64,000 nucleotides of DNA from Entomortierella parvispora E1425. Lineage: Eukaryota; Fungi; Mortierellomycota. The notes under the pieces were generated by a model. That model was not told where the DNA came from. It searched no databases and saw only the letters and a program-made list of their open reading frames with translations. The stretch is from positions 992,001 to 1,056,000 of the forward strand of contig BQFW01000004.1 of assembly GCA_020891255.1 (NCBI GenBank), written 5' to 3'. This document shows, piece after piece, positions 34,145-46,498 of this stretch (the first letter of the stretch is position 1; each line of letters starts with the position of its first letter). The position numbers and the translations under genes are program-made.

Positions 34145-36600
34145 TTAGTTCTTGGTAAGACCCAAGTTCTTGCGGTTCAATCCCGCCAATTGGCTTCCAA
34201 TCATCCTCCGGCGCTTGCCCTCCAAATACAACATCGACTCGGCATAGGTCCTGGGCATGATTCTAGGCGTACCCTTGACGGGGTCTGTAAAAGTGAACCA
34301 GAAGGTGTTTGTGGTCTCCCTCGTTCCCTTCTTGACATCCAACACATCAGCCTTGACCATCACTTGGAATGAATGGTGGTCTCCTCCTTCAGCAAACACA
34401 ATCTGGGAATCCAGGGCCAAGAACGTGCCAATGGGCACAGGCTTGCGGAACGAAATCTCATCCAGAGCCAAAAATGTGGGGCGGGAAGAGATAAAGACCG
34501 AGGCATTGCAGAACGCAAGCTCGTAGGCCAGACGCATCAAGTAACCTCCGAAAATCTAACATGGGAAAGCAACGGGGGCAATTAGATCGAGTTGCATGGA
34601 AAATGTTAGGAGAGAAGGAAAAAGAGTCTCACCTTGTCGTGGATGTTACGATCCTGAGGTTGCATGATGGTGATCGAGCTCTGCTTGGTGTCTGCCATCC
34701 ACTCGACATCATCGGGCTTCTTGACCTTCAGGTGAGGGTCATCATATTTGGAGTACTCAAGATACAAGTCGTGGATCAAGAAACGCTCCTCCTGAGTGGG
34801 TGGTCGCTTGGTCAGGGCAGAGTCGGTAGCCACACGCTTCTTGGCCTTGTGATCTAAGGATGATATAGTAATATGTGTTGGCAAAACAAGCTGCAGCACC
34901 ATAAGCAGCAGTCTGTCAGAGCGTTTTTTTGCAAATTACCTTCACCCATCTGGAACAGTTTCTTCTCAGTATCATTTTGGAGAAGCATGGGGTTAACTTG
35001 GGCAGCCTTGCCAGTGATGGCATCTCTGGCGACCATAGTGAAGCGGGCCACCAAGATGGTGTCTCCGTGCTGTCCTGGCTTATCCTCAGAGATTTCCTCC
35101 ATCTTCATGAAAACTAAAGGTGTCAACAGGAGAAACAGGAGAAAAGAAGTTAGCTATACACACCTAATCAAGACCTACATCCTTTCCTTCAATAGTCCCT
35201 GCACATACTCTCCATGGATGAGTATCCGACATAGGTGACATGCCCCGAGAGTCGCAGATCAGTCACTCCCAAAGGCTTGAGAAGGTCAATTCGATCCACA
35301 GAGGCTGTGACAATGGTCAGAGGTGTGCTGTCGGCCTTGCCGTCGTCCGCATGCTTGTACGAGATGGCTCCAGCAAGAGCATCCAAGTCCTCCATGATCT
35401 TGCCATGTCTATCGAAGGAAGAGAAAGACGTTAGGCCTCTATCGTCTAGACCTGTAGTAGATCAAGATGGGCAAAGAAGGAGTTCCTATTGAGACAATAC
35501 CTGAGAGACCCACCGACGTTGATGTACTCTTCCAAGAGCGCCTTGTCGGTTTTGAAGGGCAAAATGATTTCGGTATAAGAATCCTGCATCGTCTTCAAAA
35601 CCAGAGCACGCTTCTGGTAGGTCTTTGGTGGTGCCTCAGCAGGTGGAGGAGTGGAGGCGTTAGCTCCCGTGGGCGCTCCATGTTGACTTGCCAGTTTGTC
35701 GATCCAGGAGGTGATGGGGCGAACGGTGAAAACTTTGCCGTGGGGCAGAGCCGAGTTGATCTCGGCAGCGGCGGCGGCGGCAGCAGTGATAGAGGAGGTG
35801 GAGGTGGACCAAGGGCCTAGAGCAGAGAGTAGAAAGTAGCGGGTTAGAGGCAATGTAGGCAATGTAGTGGGTATGTCAGGGATAACTGATCTGTCGGGTC
35901 TTCGGCTGCGTGTTTTGTTTTTGCTCAAGTCGCCCTGGTGTCGACCGATCCACCATTGGCAGTCGAGAGCGGTCTTGGGCGAGGCGCGGAATCCCTTTTG
36001 GAGAAAAAGAGATTCTAAAGCGAAGACATTTTTTTTTTTTTTCATTTTCAATTGCGACTGAATAAACTGCAAGCGGAGGATGAATCACCCAGGTTTGTCT
36101 CTTGTCTTTTGCAGCTTTTCTTCTCACAGTGCTGTTTGCTCGCTGATCTTGGTTAGTACGCTTCCTTTTTTCTTCTTTACTCTGACGCAAAGTAGACCCG
36201 AGTGCATGCGCAAAGAGAAGAGAAAGCGCGGGCTCGGGCACTTCTTTGTGTTGTCATCATCCTGTCGTGTTGTATCACCATCCGCCTGCATGTGGCCGAT
36301 CAGAGCACTCCTCAACGTGCAAAACATGGAAGAAAAAAGAAACAGAGAGAAAGTAGTACCTGCAGTGGCTACAATCTTGCCAGCAGAGTTACTGCCGAGC
36401 TTGTCGAGAAGTTCATTCCTGGTCTTCTCCAATGCCTCTTTGGAGGCAAGCGCCTGGCTCGTCTTCTGGGTAGCAGTCTGATCGCGCGCGTTCTTGCCGA
36501 CACCGCTGGTGAAGAGCTGGGGGTTCTGTGTGTTGAGGCTGCGCTTGGTCAAAGTGCGGGAGGCGAGGTTGACCAGCGATGATCTCGGTTGAATATTCAT
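34145..36600 (-). CDS. Double hot-dog acyl-CoA thioesterase (ACOT9-like, probably mitochondrial), multi-exon
   Basis: MQDSYTEIILPF, EDLDALAGAISYKH, IVTASVDRIDLL, SGHVTYVGYSSME, QPQDRNIHDKIFGGYLMRLAYELA, LDEISFRKPVPIG. 5' exon assignment (ATG 36600) is less certain. Confidence 0.88.
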
Positions 36601-36766
36601 GGCGATGAGGTACGTGTCGGTAGCAAGTCAGAGGAAGGGAGGGGTGCAATGAGAAGGATGCACAGCAACGAGCGGCAACAGATGTTGATGCAATGAATGA
36701 ACAGGTGAATGAGGGATCTGCAGTTGGAAGCAGAGCAGAAAGGCGAGAAGGGAGGGATACAGAGGG

Positions 36767-36847
36767 GAGTGAAGAGAGTGAAGAGAGTGAAGAGAGTGAA
36801 GAGAGTGAAGAGAGTGAAGAGAGTGAAGAGAGTGAAGAGAGTGAAGA
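36767..36847. repeat. Tandem repeat (GAGTGAAGA)x9
   Basis: Nine perfect 9-bp units read directly, just upstream of the thioesterase ATG. Confidence 0.95.
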
Positions 36848-37688
36848 GATAAGAGAGAGGAAAGAAGGTGAATAAAATGAAGACGCAATAATTCAAAGAG
36901 GGAAACACCCGCCCAATGAATCATCTTTCTTCCTCTCTTTCGGTCTCGTCTCTCGGCCCTTGTTCAGCCTCTGGTCTTGTCGCCACGCTGCCAGGCGAGT
37001 AGGACATCCACAAAACGTGCTCTGTACACAGATCAGGGTAACAAGACGGGTGCTACCGAACACTGTCGCCTGCTGGTCTCTTTTCGCTCTTCCCTAGGGC
37101 CAATTTGTTGGGAATGGCAACATCTCTTCTTTCGTTCTTTGCAGCGAAATGCAACAAGGCACCCCGGTTTTTTTCCAACACCGACTCGATGACTCTGAAC
37201 GTGGCTCTCCATCGTTGCAGATCCTTGGGCCCTCTTTTCTTCTCTCTCACACACACTCTCTTCACTCTCAATTGCTTCCTTTCCTCACTTGCTCCCTTCC
37301 TTTCTATCTTACTTCCTGTAGTCAGAAAGATAGACCTTTAGAAAATAATAATCATAAAAAAAAAGCACTTCCTGTAGTGAGCTTGTCGACCTCAAAGTAG
37401 CTTGCAACTCTAAACTGGCACCCCGCCGTGCCGGATGTCAATCGCGGACGTGCTGTGCTTTCCGATGTGCGAGTGCAGGCGCGGGCACCTCTGTCTTTGT
37501 CCCTGTGCCTTTAACTTGTCCTTCGTCAAGAAGAGAAAGAACATCATAAGGGGCAGACAATAAATCTTGGTCTGTGTCCTTCCAAAGGGAAAAAAAAAAA
37601 AGTGACTGCAAGCAGACACGGCGCAACCCTATCTCCTCCCACGCTCCACGCTCCACACTCCCATCTCGCATTCCTCCACCATCGTGAC

Positions 37689-39093
37689 ATGCGGCCCTCT
37701 TCCTCATCTCTGGTAGGGTAGCCATGGCTCATCCTTTTATCTCGAAGGCCTCGTTCTTATCACTATCTCTTTGTACTGACTTTTTTTTTGTTGTTGTCTT
37801 GTCTCCCTGATCAAACCAGCGCTCTTGGACGCGCCTCATTCGGTGAGTCAAAGGGCGACCAAAGGAGACGCGTTTCCATTCGAGAGCATTCATTCAATGG
37901 CAGTGTGCCGAGGAGTAGAGACTCATTCATCTCTTGACTTTGTGACAGATTCCTCGGCAAGGACGGCAAAATTTACCATGGCGAGCCCCAAGGTGCCCTG
38001 ACCTGGCCTCACCTTAAAGCCCGCGCAGGACACGGCGACGGAGCCAACCTCAACCACCCCGACTTGGCAGACTTGAAAGCAAAGGTCATTGTCAACTCGA
38101 GTCCCAGCAAAGACCAAGCATCGGCAGCACTGGATATCTTTACACCAGAGTCTTGGACAGTGACAGACCAGGTTGTTCCAGTCGCTCGACTGTTGTCACC
38201 CTTGGCCCACGTCCCGACCTTTCGTTGCATTGGACTCAACTATGCCAAACACGCAGAGGAGACAAAGATGCCTATCCCCAAATTCCCGATTCTGTTCATG
38301 AAGCCCTCCATGGCCCTTCAGGATCCTTTTGCGAATGTGGTCATCCCCTCCATTGCTGAGAACAATCAGGCGGATTTTGAGAATGAATTGGCAGTGGTCA
38401 TTGGGAAGCGGTGCAAGAACGTCAAGGAGGAGGACGCCCTCGATTATGTTCTCGGTAAGGACCGGGAGGTTACAATCGCGATATGGAGAAGGATCAACAA
38501 TGGTCAGAAAAAAAAATCTAACTTGCAGTTCCCTTTCTTTTGTTCCCACGCCATGGTATGCCTTGAAGGTTATACGGTCGGAAACGATATCAGCGCCCGA
38601 AAGTGGCAAGGAGCTACTCTCGGATCTGGCCAATGGTGTTTTAGCAAATCCTTTGATACCTTCGCTCCTCTGGGTCCTTGCTTGGTCTCTCGCGATGTAA
38701 TCCCAAACCCAAACAACCTCCGGATTCGAACAACCCTGAATGGAAAACCAATGCAGGACTCGAATACCTCGGACATGATCTTTAATGTTCCCCGATTGGT
38801 AAATAATTGAAGAGATTAAGAGCTACAGAGTATCTCTTTTACTCACCACGTTTTCTTTCTATTGACAAAACTCTGACATTTCGACCCCCTTTATCCACGG
38901 ATAGATTGCCTTTCTGAGCCAGTCCACGACGTTGATGCCAGGAGACGTGATTTTGAGTGGAACGGCTGAAGGTGTGGGCTTTAAGCGTGAACCTCCCGTG
39001 TTTTTACAGCACGGGGATCATGTCGTTTGTGAGATTGAAAGCATTGGCGAGCTCCATAGTCCCATTGTGTACGAGAGTCGAGTTGAAGAATAA
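37689..39093 (+). CDS. Fumarylacetoacetate hydrolase-family protein (FAHD2-like), multi-exon
   Basis: WTRLIRF, CIGLNYAKHAEE, PILFMKP, DFENELAVVIGK, GYTVGNDISARKWQ, QWCFSKSFDTFAPLGP, PGDVILSGT. Start codon approximate. Confidence 0.92.
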
Positions 39094-39141
39094 ATAATAT
39101 ATACAAAGTGGTGGTTTATTGCCAAAGTAAAGACTACTTTT

Positions 39142-42038
39142 TTACAGGGGACCAGATCCTTTGGTTCGAATGCGATCGCCGACATGGACCACATAAGGCG
39201 CCACGGACAAATCGGGACGATGCAACATGTGCATGCCAAAGAAAATTTGTCCGCTAGGGGCTTTTCGATTTTTAGAAAGGGCCAAGAAGACATCCGAGTT
39301 CTTCATGGCCGTCTTTTGGTCAATGGTGACCATATGGCACCGACGGCAAGGTCCCAGGATATCAAAGACTTGTTCTCCAATTTGGATCCTCGTCCAATGG
39401 TCTTCCTCGAAGGACAGGGCGGGGTCTCCACCCTGGGTCACAAAGTTGGCTCGGAAAGAATCCGACGTCATCTCGTGGCGGGCCGAGGCAGGAAGATCCA
39501 ACGAGCTGTTGGCCAAACGACGGACCGCTCCCTGACCCTCATCATGTTCATCGATCCAGTCACGGACCCGCGACACAGACTTGTCCGAGATCAACAGGAA
39601 CGGACTTTCGTTCGAGAGCAAGATCGGCGCACCCTCAGGCGCGTTCAAATGAGATTTAACAAACCGCGACGAAGGTGTGTTGGTCGGCGTGGCAGATCCG
39701 ACTGACGGCTCCGTCACGGGCTGCCTTGCCAGTCTACAAGGCTTGCCCAAGAACCGAGAGAACCATTCATTGATCTGAGGCGATGTATAGTGAACCACCG
39801 TCGTGCAGTCTCCACAGACTCTGGACGAGCTCTTTGCTGCCTCTGTTGGCATCTCGTCCAGCGAGATGTACAGCCGACGATCCGCAGCAGTGGAAGCAGA
39901 GGCCTGGGTTTGGACGTGCTCTTTCTGCATCTCTTCTTGATCGTGCTCGACTATCATCAGATTCTGATCCAGCAAGATCTCGGCACGGATCATACACATT
40001 CTAGGGAATCGTTTCTGAGTCAAGGCTGCACCGGTAATTTCGTCCACCAACATCCATTCACGGTCATAGAGCAGTCCATGGGGCGCAATCGGCCATGCTT
40101 TGCCCCGGGGAATCTTGTAACCTCGGCAGGATTTGATGGGGTAAATAACCACAGAATCAACGTGGACAGGAGGAAGAGTCGATTGTTCGGCCTCAATGCT
40201 TTCGCCAATGAGATCCATGCTCTCGACGATTGCATCGGGATCACTGTGGTCGATAAAGTATTCCTCCAAAAAGGAGACAAAGAAGAGGACATCATCCACC
40301 GAGGACATGGCACCTAATGATACTCGAATAGAACCCGTTGGTTTACCATTCAGGATATCTGTGTCGTCCCAGCAGACGTGACCGGCCTATTTGGGGTTTA
40401 AAACGAATCATTTAGTATACCGATATCACACATGTTATTCAAGGCGTCAGTCGTGAAAATGCGCCCACTCACCTCCAAGTTCTTCTTCACTTCATCAGCA
40501 GAGAGATCAAGCCAGCGCTGCATAGATCCAGGGTTGCAGAACCCACCAGTGCGGACATGAATATTCTTCATGCTCGCCAGTCGCTCCACATCGCCGTATC
40601 CGATCCACTGACCGTTACTTCGTTTCAAGTTGAAGTTCAGGATAGGTCCATACTGCCCAGGGGTGTCCATATCGCTGTCCTGGTCAACATAGATCTCACA
40701 GACTGGGGTCTGGTTATAGTGCTTCAGATCCTTCATGGAGCGGTACAAGAGTCGATGAAGTGCAGAAACATGGGGTCCAATCTTGTCGTAGCCCCCGTAA
40801 ATCTCGCGCATCGAATCAAACGCAAGGTCCAGGGCAACAATGTCCAAAAAGTTCAAAGTGCCATCTTCGAATCGCCCGTGCAGCTCGGTTCTGTACACTT
40901 GCCAGGCCTCATCTGAAGCGATAGCCGAGACAGTGCCTCCGCCAAAGTACCGATCTTTGCGGAGCTTGTCTGCTAATTCTGTCTTGACAATGACGGCACC
41001 CAGACCCGTTGGGAAACCAAACATCTTGTAAAACGAGATAACAACAAAGTCGGGGCTGGTCTCCAGATCACTAAGATCCAGGTCCGAAGAGGTCATAACA
41101 TAGGAGGCGGCATCAAGGAGGACGAGCGTCTTGGAGTCTTGGGTATCGAGACGGTCCTTGATTTGGCGTGGCCAGGAAAGGGGGAAACGACGACCACCAA
41201 AGTTGCATTGCGCTGGGTAGGCAAAGAGGTTGTACACAACGTCGTTGTCTGCCTGGTCAGACGTCTTTGAGAGGGTGGTGGAAGCATCAAATGTCTCCAT
41301 AAGGTTCGAGGTGGATCCGCTAGGCGACGGTGGCGGTGAGGGGTGGTGCGAGCGAGCTTCGTTTCTGGCACAGCCCATTGGGAAGCTGATCGAGTTGATT
41401 AAAGGAGAGGACTTGCTCGACAAGAGTTGCTGGACCTGATGTTCATGGACTGTTTCCACGTCGATACAGGGGCCATTCTCATCTTGGGCCATACCTCGGA
41501 GTCCGACTAAACTTGTGTGAGCCTCCCGGAGAATCGTGAGCCTACTTCTCCGAGTGGATCTTGACGATACAAGATCAGACTGACGAGTCCAGGGAAAGGC
41601 ATCCCCGACCAGCTTGATGCCGGCAGTAGCGTTTGCAGTAAAAATGACGTCCCATTCACCATGGGTCGAAGCCTTGAAGTGCTCGAGGACTTTTTGCCGA
41701 GCAGAGTCCACTCTGGCTGAGGTTGCTTGAGAAGAAGGAGATTTGGAATGGGGGTTGGCATAGAGGTTTGAGGTGAGGTCGGAGGTGAACCGTTTGATGT
41801 GAAGCTGTGAGGGCAAGGTGGCACCGGCATGATCCAGGTAGACAGCATCTACAATATTAAGGCGAAACAGGTGTCACTATAGATCGACACAAGAGTAGGA
41901 GATGCAATGAAGAGGACAAGAATGAGGTATACCGTTGAGCTGAGGGTATTGTTCTCGTCGGATGTCATCAATAGAGGTGTTATAGCCAAGGGCGTCTTGG
42001 CTGTTAAGGAACAAGGCCTTTGCCGTGGAGGTGGTCAT
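39142..42038 (-). CDS. MOCOS: Molybdenum cofactor sulfurase (NifS-like PLP domain plus MOSC domain; hxB/ABA3/MOCOS)
   Basis: VYLDHAGATL, FTANATAGIKLVG, SFYKMFGFPTGLGA, RFEDGTLNF, HVRTGGFCNPG...AGHVCWDD, IYPIKSC, LLYDREWM, FRANF, GPCRRCHMV. Confidence 0.95.
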
Positions 42039-42198
42039 TGTGGGCGAGAAAGTGTTGGCAGTTAAGGCAAGGGGAGAGCAGAAAGGAGGGAGTGGTCAAT
42101 GGGCCAAGTGCGGGGGGGAATGGGGAAAGTGGGGAAAGAGAGAGAAATGAGGAAGCGATTATATAGTGCGGAGAATGAGAATGAGAAAGAGAGACAAA

Positions 42199-42255
42199 GA
42201 GAGAGAGAGAGAGGAGAGGAGAGAGGAGAGAGGAGAGAGGAGAGAGGAGAGAAGG
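42199..42255. repeat. (GA)n / (GGAGAGA)n purine microsatellite in the MOCOS-SEC9 divergent intergenic region
   Basis: Read directly. Confidence 0.85.
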
Positions 42256-42871
42256 ATCAGGGGACGGAGCCTAGGCAGGCTCGTTTGAATGAATGAAAGA
42301 GCGAGCAAGCGAGAAGGTGAGATGAGAAAGAGGGTGGGTGCATGCGATGAACAGACGAACAATGAGTGAAAATGACAAGAGGAAGGGAAATAAATCTCCG
42401 TGGGTGGATGCTTCAAAAGTGAAAAAAAAGTGGGTGCGAGTCCGTGTGCGCGTGCCTGGCCGAGCTTGTGCGACCGTCCGCCTTGAGGTGTGACGGAAAG
42501 AAGGTGGGGCGGGCCAGGATTTGTCGGATTTGTCCTGGGGCTGTCCAGTGGAGTGTCGGGTGCGGGGAAGCTTGACTCGATTGGAAATGGATTCAAAGAT
42601 CGCATTTGTCCCGTCCCGTGATCACCTTGTAGTCTATCACGTGTTGCAATGGCGGGGGGGAGGCTGTGCTGCTTGGCTGCCCCTTTCTGCTCCAAAGACC
42701 CAGAACGGGTGGCTTTGTCACGTCCTACCATGGGGCGATGTATTTTTAGAGCAAACACATTCAAACGACTTGGCATCGCCATCCTGTCCACTCAGTCCTC
42801 TTCTTTTGTCATCATCATCTCATCCCCCCTCATCCCAGCCCGTCATCTTGCTTTCCTTCCAATCCCCACTC

Positions 42872-44124
42872 ATGGCATCATACGGCAACAACTCATACGG
42901 CGGAAACTCGTACGGTGCCAATGCTGGCAACTACGGTCGTCCTGCAAACAGCACAGGAAGCGGCGGCTCCTACGGCGGTAACAGCTCCTACGGTGGTAAC
43001 TCACCTGGTGCTGCAAGGGGAGCAGGAAGCAACTACAGCAGCAGTACCTCTTCCAGCTCGTATGGTGGCAACTCCCATGCCCCCGGCGCAGGCGACTATG
43101 GCGGACGCAACGGCTCTTATGGCGCAAACAGTTATGGAGGTCAGCAGCAGCCACAGCAGTACGGCCAGCGTTCTTATGGACAGCAGCAACAATACGGCCA
43201 GCAGCGCCCGCAACAGTATGGTCAGTATGGTCAACAACAGCAATACGGTCAGCAGCAGCAGCAGCAGTATGGCCAGTACGATCAATATGGCAACCAAGGA
43301 CCTATTCCTGGACAAGAGACCGAGGAGGACGTTTCCAGAGTCAGTCAACAAATCCGTGATGTCCGACAAGAGTCTGTCCAATCCACTCGTAACGCTCTTC
43401 GTGCTCTTCAGGAGGCCGATGAGAGCGCAGGACGAACCATGATGCAGCTGGGCGAGCAGTCAGGTAAAGAAAAGCTCATTCCTTGGTATTCAGATAAAAA
43501 TTCATTTTAAACTGAGCCAGAATCAAACTAACGATCATACCTTTTAATTATGTAGAACAACTTGGACGTATTGAGCGCAGCTTGGACTCTGCCCAGATCC
43601 ATGCCGACAATGCACAGGAAAAGGCTGGTGAACTCAAGACTGTAAACCGTTCCATGTTTGCCATCCACGTCAAGAACCCATTCAACTCGAGCAAGAAGAA
43701 GGAGCGTGAGCTGGAGGAGGCCAAGCGCAAGGCTGCGGAAGAATTGATTCAAAGAGAGAACATCCGCAAGGAGGAGTGGGAATCTAAGCAGCGCGTCAAT
43801 GTCGCCTTGGGACAAGGTCCTTATGGACGTGCCCCTGGTGGCGGTCCTGGCTACAGTAACAACGGGCGTGGCGGTCCTGGAGAGCGATCAGCATACTCGT
43901 TTGAAAACACAGCTGAGGATGATCAGCACGAAGAAGAAATTGACCGCAACTTGGACATGATGGGAGGTTTGTTGGAAAACTTGAAGAAGGGAGCCATGAC
44001 GATGAACACAGAGGTGAACCGCCAAAACGAGCGTATGACTGGTATCACCTCCAAGACCGATAACCTTCATGGATCCGTGACCCACAACACCAACTTGCTG
44101 CAGAAGATTGCCAAGCGCGGTTAG
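42872..44124 (+). CDS. SEC9: Sec9/SNAP-25 family Qbc-SNARE with G/S/Y/N/Q-rich N-terminus; intron 43464-43555
   Basis: RQESVQSTRNALR...GRTMMQLGEQSEQL (SNARE motif 1), HVKNPF, EIDRNLD...MNTEVNRQNERM (SNARE motif 2). Confidence 0.9.
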
Positions 44125-44406
44125 AGCTCCTGTTCTCTAGTCGGATAGCAAACAAACATCAGGCAGGAGGCAGGCAGGTTGGGCTCAATGGTGGGAAAGC
44201 AACCGAAATAAAATACCCCTATTACACTATATGTTCTGCATTGATCGGGCAGTAACGGATGCAACATAATCCTTTTGCGGTAACCCATCCTTGGCCGGGA
44301 ATCGAAATGTGACTGCGCCCAGAAAAGAAGTGGAGCCAGAAGAGATCTCCACATTTGAAAAGAGATTTGACAGGAGGGTTCATTTCACATTTACACACCA
44401 CACCCC

Positions 44407-46390
44407 ATGAAGGACAATTCATCACACCATGCAGCAGAGGAGCTGCTCCGCAAGGTCGCTCTACTCGAGGCCGAAAATGAGGCGTTGCAGAGACAGGTTC
44501 AAGCACTTCGTCAAGAGCAGTCTCAGCAAGCTGCTGTGAAGTCCTCCGCTGCGCCTTTACATCCCTTGGAGAAGGTTGCCCGACTCACAAACTCGGAGAT
44601 CGCACGCTACGGCCGCCAGCTCATCCTTCCAGACTTTGGCATTCATGGTGCGTGCATGAGATGAGGTTGAAGAATATCTTTCTTTGAATCACCTCTTCTT
44701 GATCTGACTTTGTTCTATACACATCTCATTAGCTCAACTGGATCTCAGGAATAGCTCCGTTCTCGTGGTCGGCGCCGGAGGACTAGGAGCTTCCTGCATT
44801 CTCTATCTTGGCGGAGCAGGCGTTGGACGTTTGGGAATTGTGGATCATGATACCGTAGATACCTCTAACCTGCATCGCCAGGTCATTCACAACGAGGCAC
44901 GACAGGGAATGTCGAAGGCCCACTCGGCGGCTTTGTCTGTACGCCTGTAAGTCATCTTACAAGTGCTTGATCACAGCTCCCGCAGGAGATTCGGATGCTC
45001 CAATGAGCAAATACTTGATACTAACGCCTATTTATTACTCTAGGCTGAACCCTCATTGTAACACAGTTGTCCATGACCTTGTACTCGACAGCTCTAATGC
45101 CCAGCCTATTATTGACTCGTACGACATTGTTGTGGATGCTACTGACAATGTGGCAACTCGGTACCTTCTGAACGATGCCTGTGTACTCGGCGGAAAGCCT
45201 TTGGTTTCTGGATCTGCCCTTCGCCTGGACGGGCAGCTGACAATTTACAACTACCGGGGAGGACCATGCTATCGCTGCCTGTTCCCAACACCACCACCCG
45301 CTGAAACTGTCACCAATTGTTCAGACGGAGGCGTTTTAGGAGTTGGTAAGGACATCGATCTACGGGTGTTGCACACAAGAAGATAGCCTGGACAAAAGAT
45401 TTGAGTTGCTGACATTCCAGAACTTGTATTTGTTTGTAGTACCAGGAATCGTGGGCTGTCTCCAAGCCCTTGAGGCAATCAAGATTGCCACAAAGATGAA
45501 CAGTAAGAATTCGCCTCCTACCAGTACCTAATTCTGGCCCTCTCCCTGTAGGAAAACGATGAGTATCAAACTAACCCGCCACAATAATACGCCATAGCTC
45601 AAGATCCCCCAACCATGACCCTTTTCTCTGCCAACTCGACCACAATGTTCAGAACGATCAAGCTTCGAAAGCGAAAGGCAGAGTGCATCATGTGCGGGGA
45701 CGCACCTACGATCACTCGTCTGATCGACTATGTCAAGTTTTGTGGAAGCAGCGCGACGGACAAAACCCCGGATCTTTTTTTGATTCCCCTCCAAGAGAGA
45801 CTGACATGCGAGGTAAGTCGTACGCGAGCACCGATAATATTTTTTTATGTGAAGACAATCTCCAGGTCGTTGACATTGAAATCATTGCCTGTGATCAAAT
45901 TCATTAGGGATACAAGAAAATCCTGGAGACCCATACGCCCCACTTACTTTTGGATGTGCGTGAAAAAGTGCAGTTTGATATCTGCAGTCTACCATCATCG
46001 CTTAGTAAGTACAAGGTCCTGAACTTGACAGGTGGTTGTGTCAGACTATGGGTTTCCAACTAATTGATACTGTGTATACTACTAGATATTCCACTCAAGG
46101 ACTTGGAGCTTCCAGAATCTATTGAACAAGTGAAGAAGCGACTCAATGCGAAAGACGAACCAGGTAAGGATAGTGAGAGCATCGACGCGTGTGTCCTTAG
46201 TTGTAGAGTGTTGTTTTAACCCCTTTCTCGTTCATCTGCAGTCTATATCGTATGCCGCCGAGGAAATGATTCTCAGCCAGCTGTCAGAATTTTGCAAGAG
46301 CAAGGGATCACAACTGGTGATATCAAGGATATTGTCGGAGGACTTAACTTGTGGACCGATAAGATAGATCCTTCGTTCCCCAAATATTAG
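44407..46390 (+). CDS. UBA4: Uba4/MOCS3 adenylyltransferase-sulfurtransferase (ThiF plus rhodanese), multi-exon
   Basis: [65 protein letters not shown], rhodanese [16 protein letters not shown] stop. Confidence 0.95.
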
Positions 46391-46498
46391 AATCAGGAAA
46401 GAGTTGTCATACCCTTAACGAATAATTCCCCGCCGACGAGGCACAAAAAGAGCCGTCGTCTCGTACAATGTGAAGCCTTCTCTTTCAATCACTCCAAA

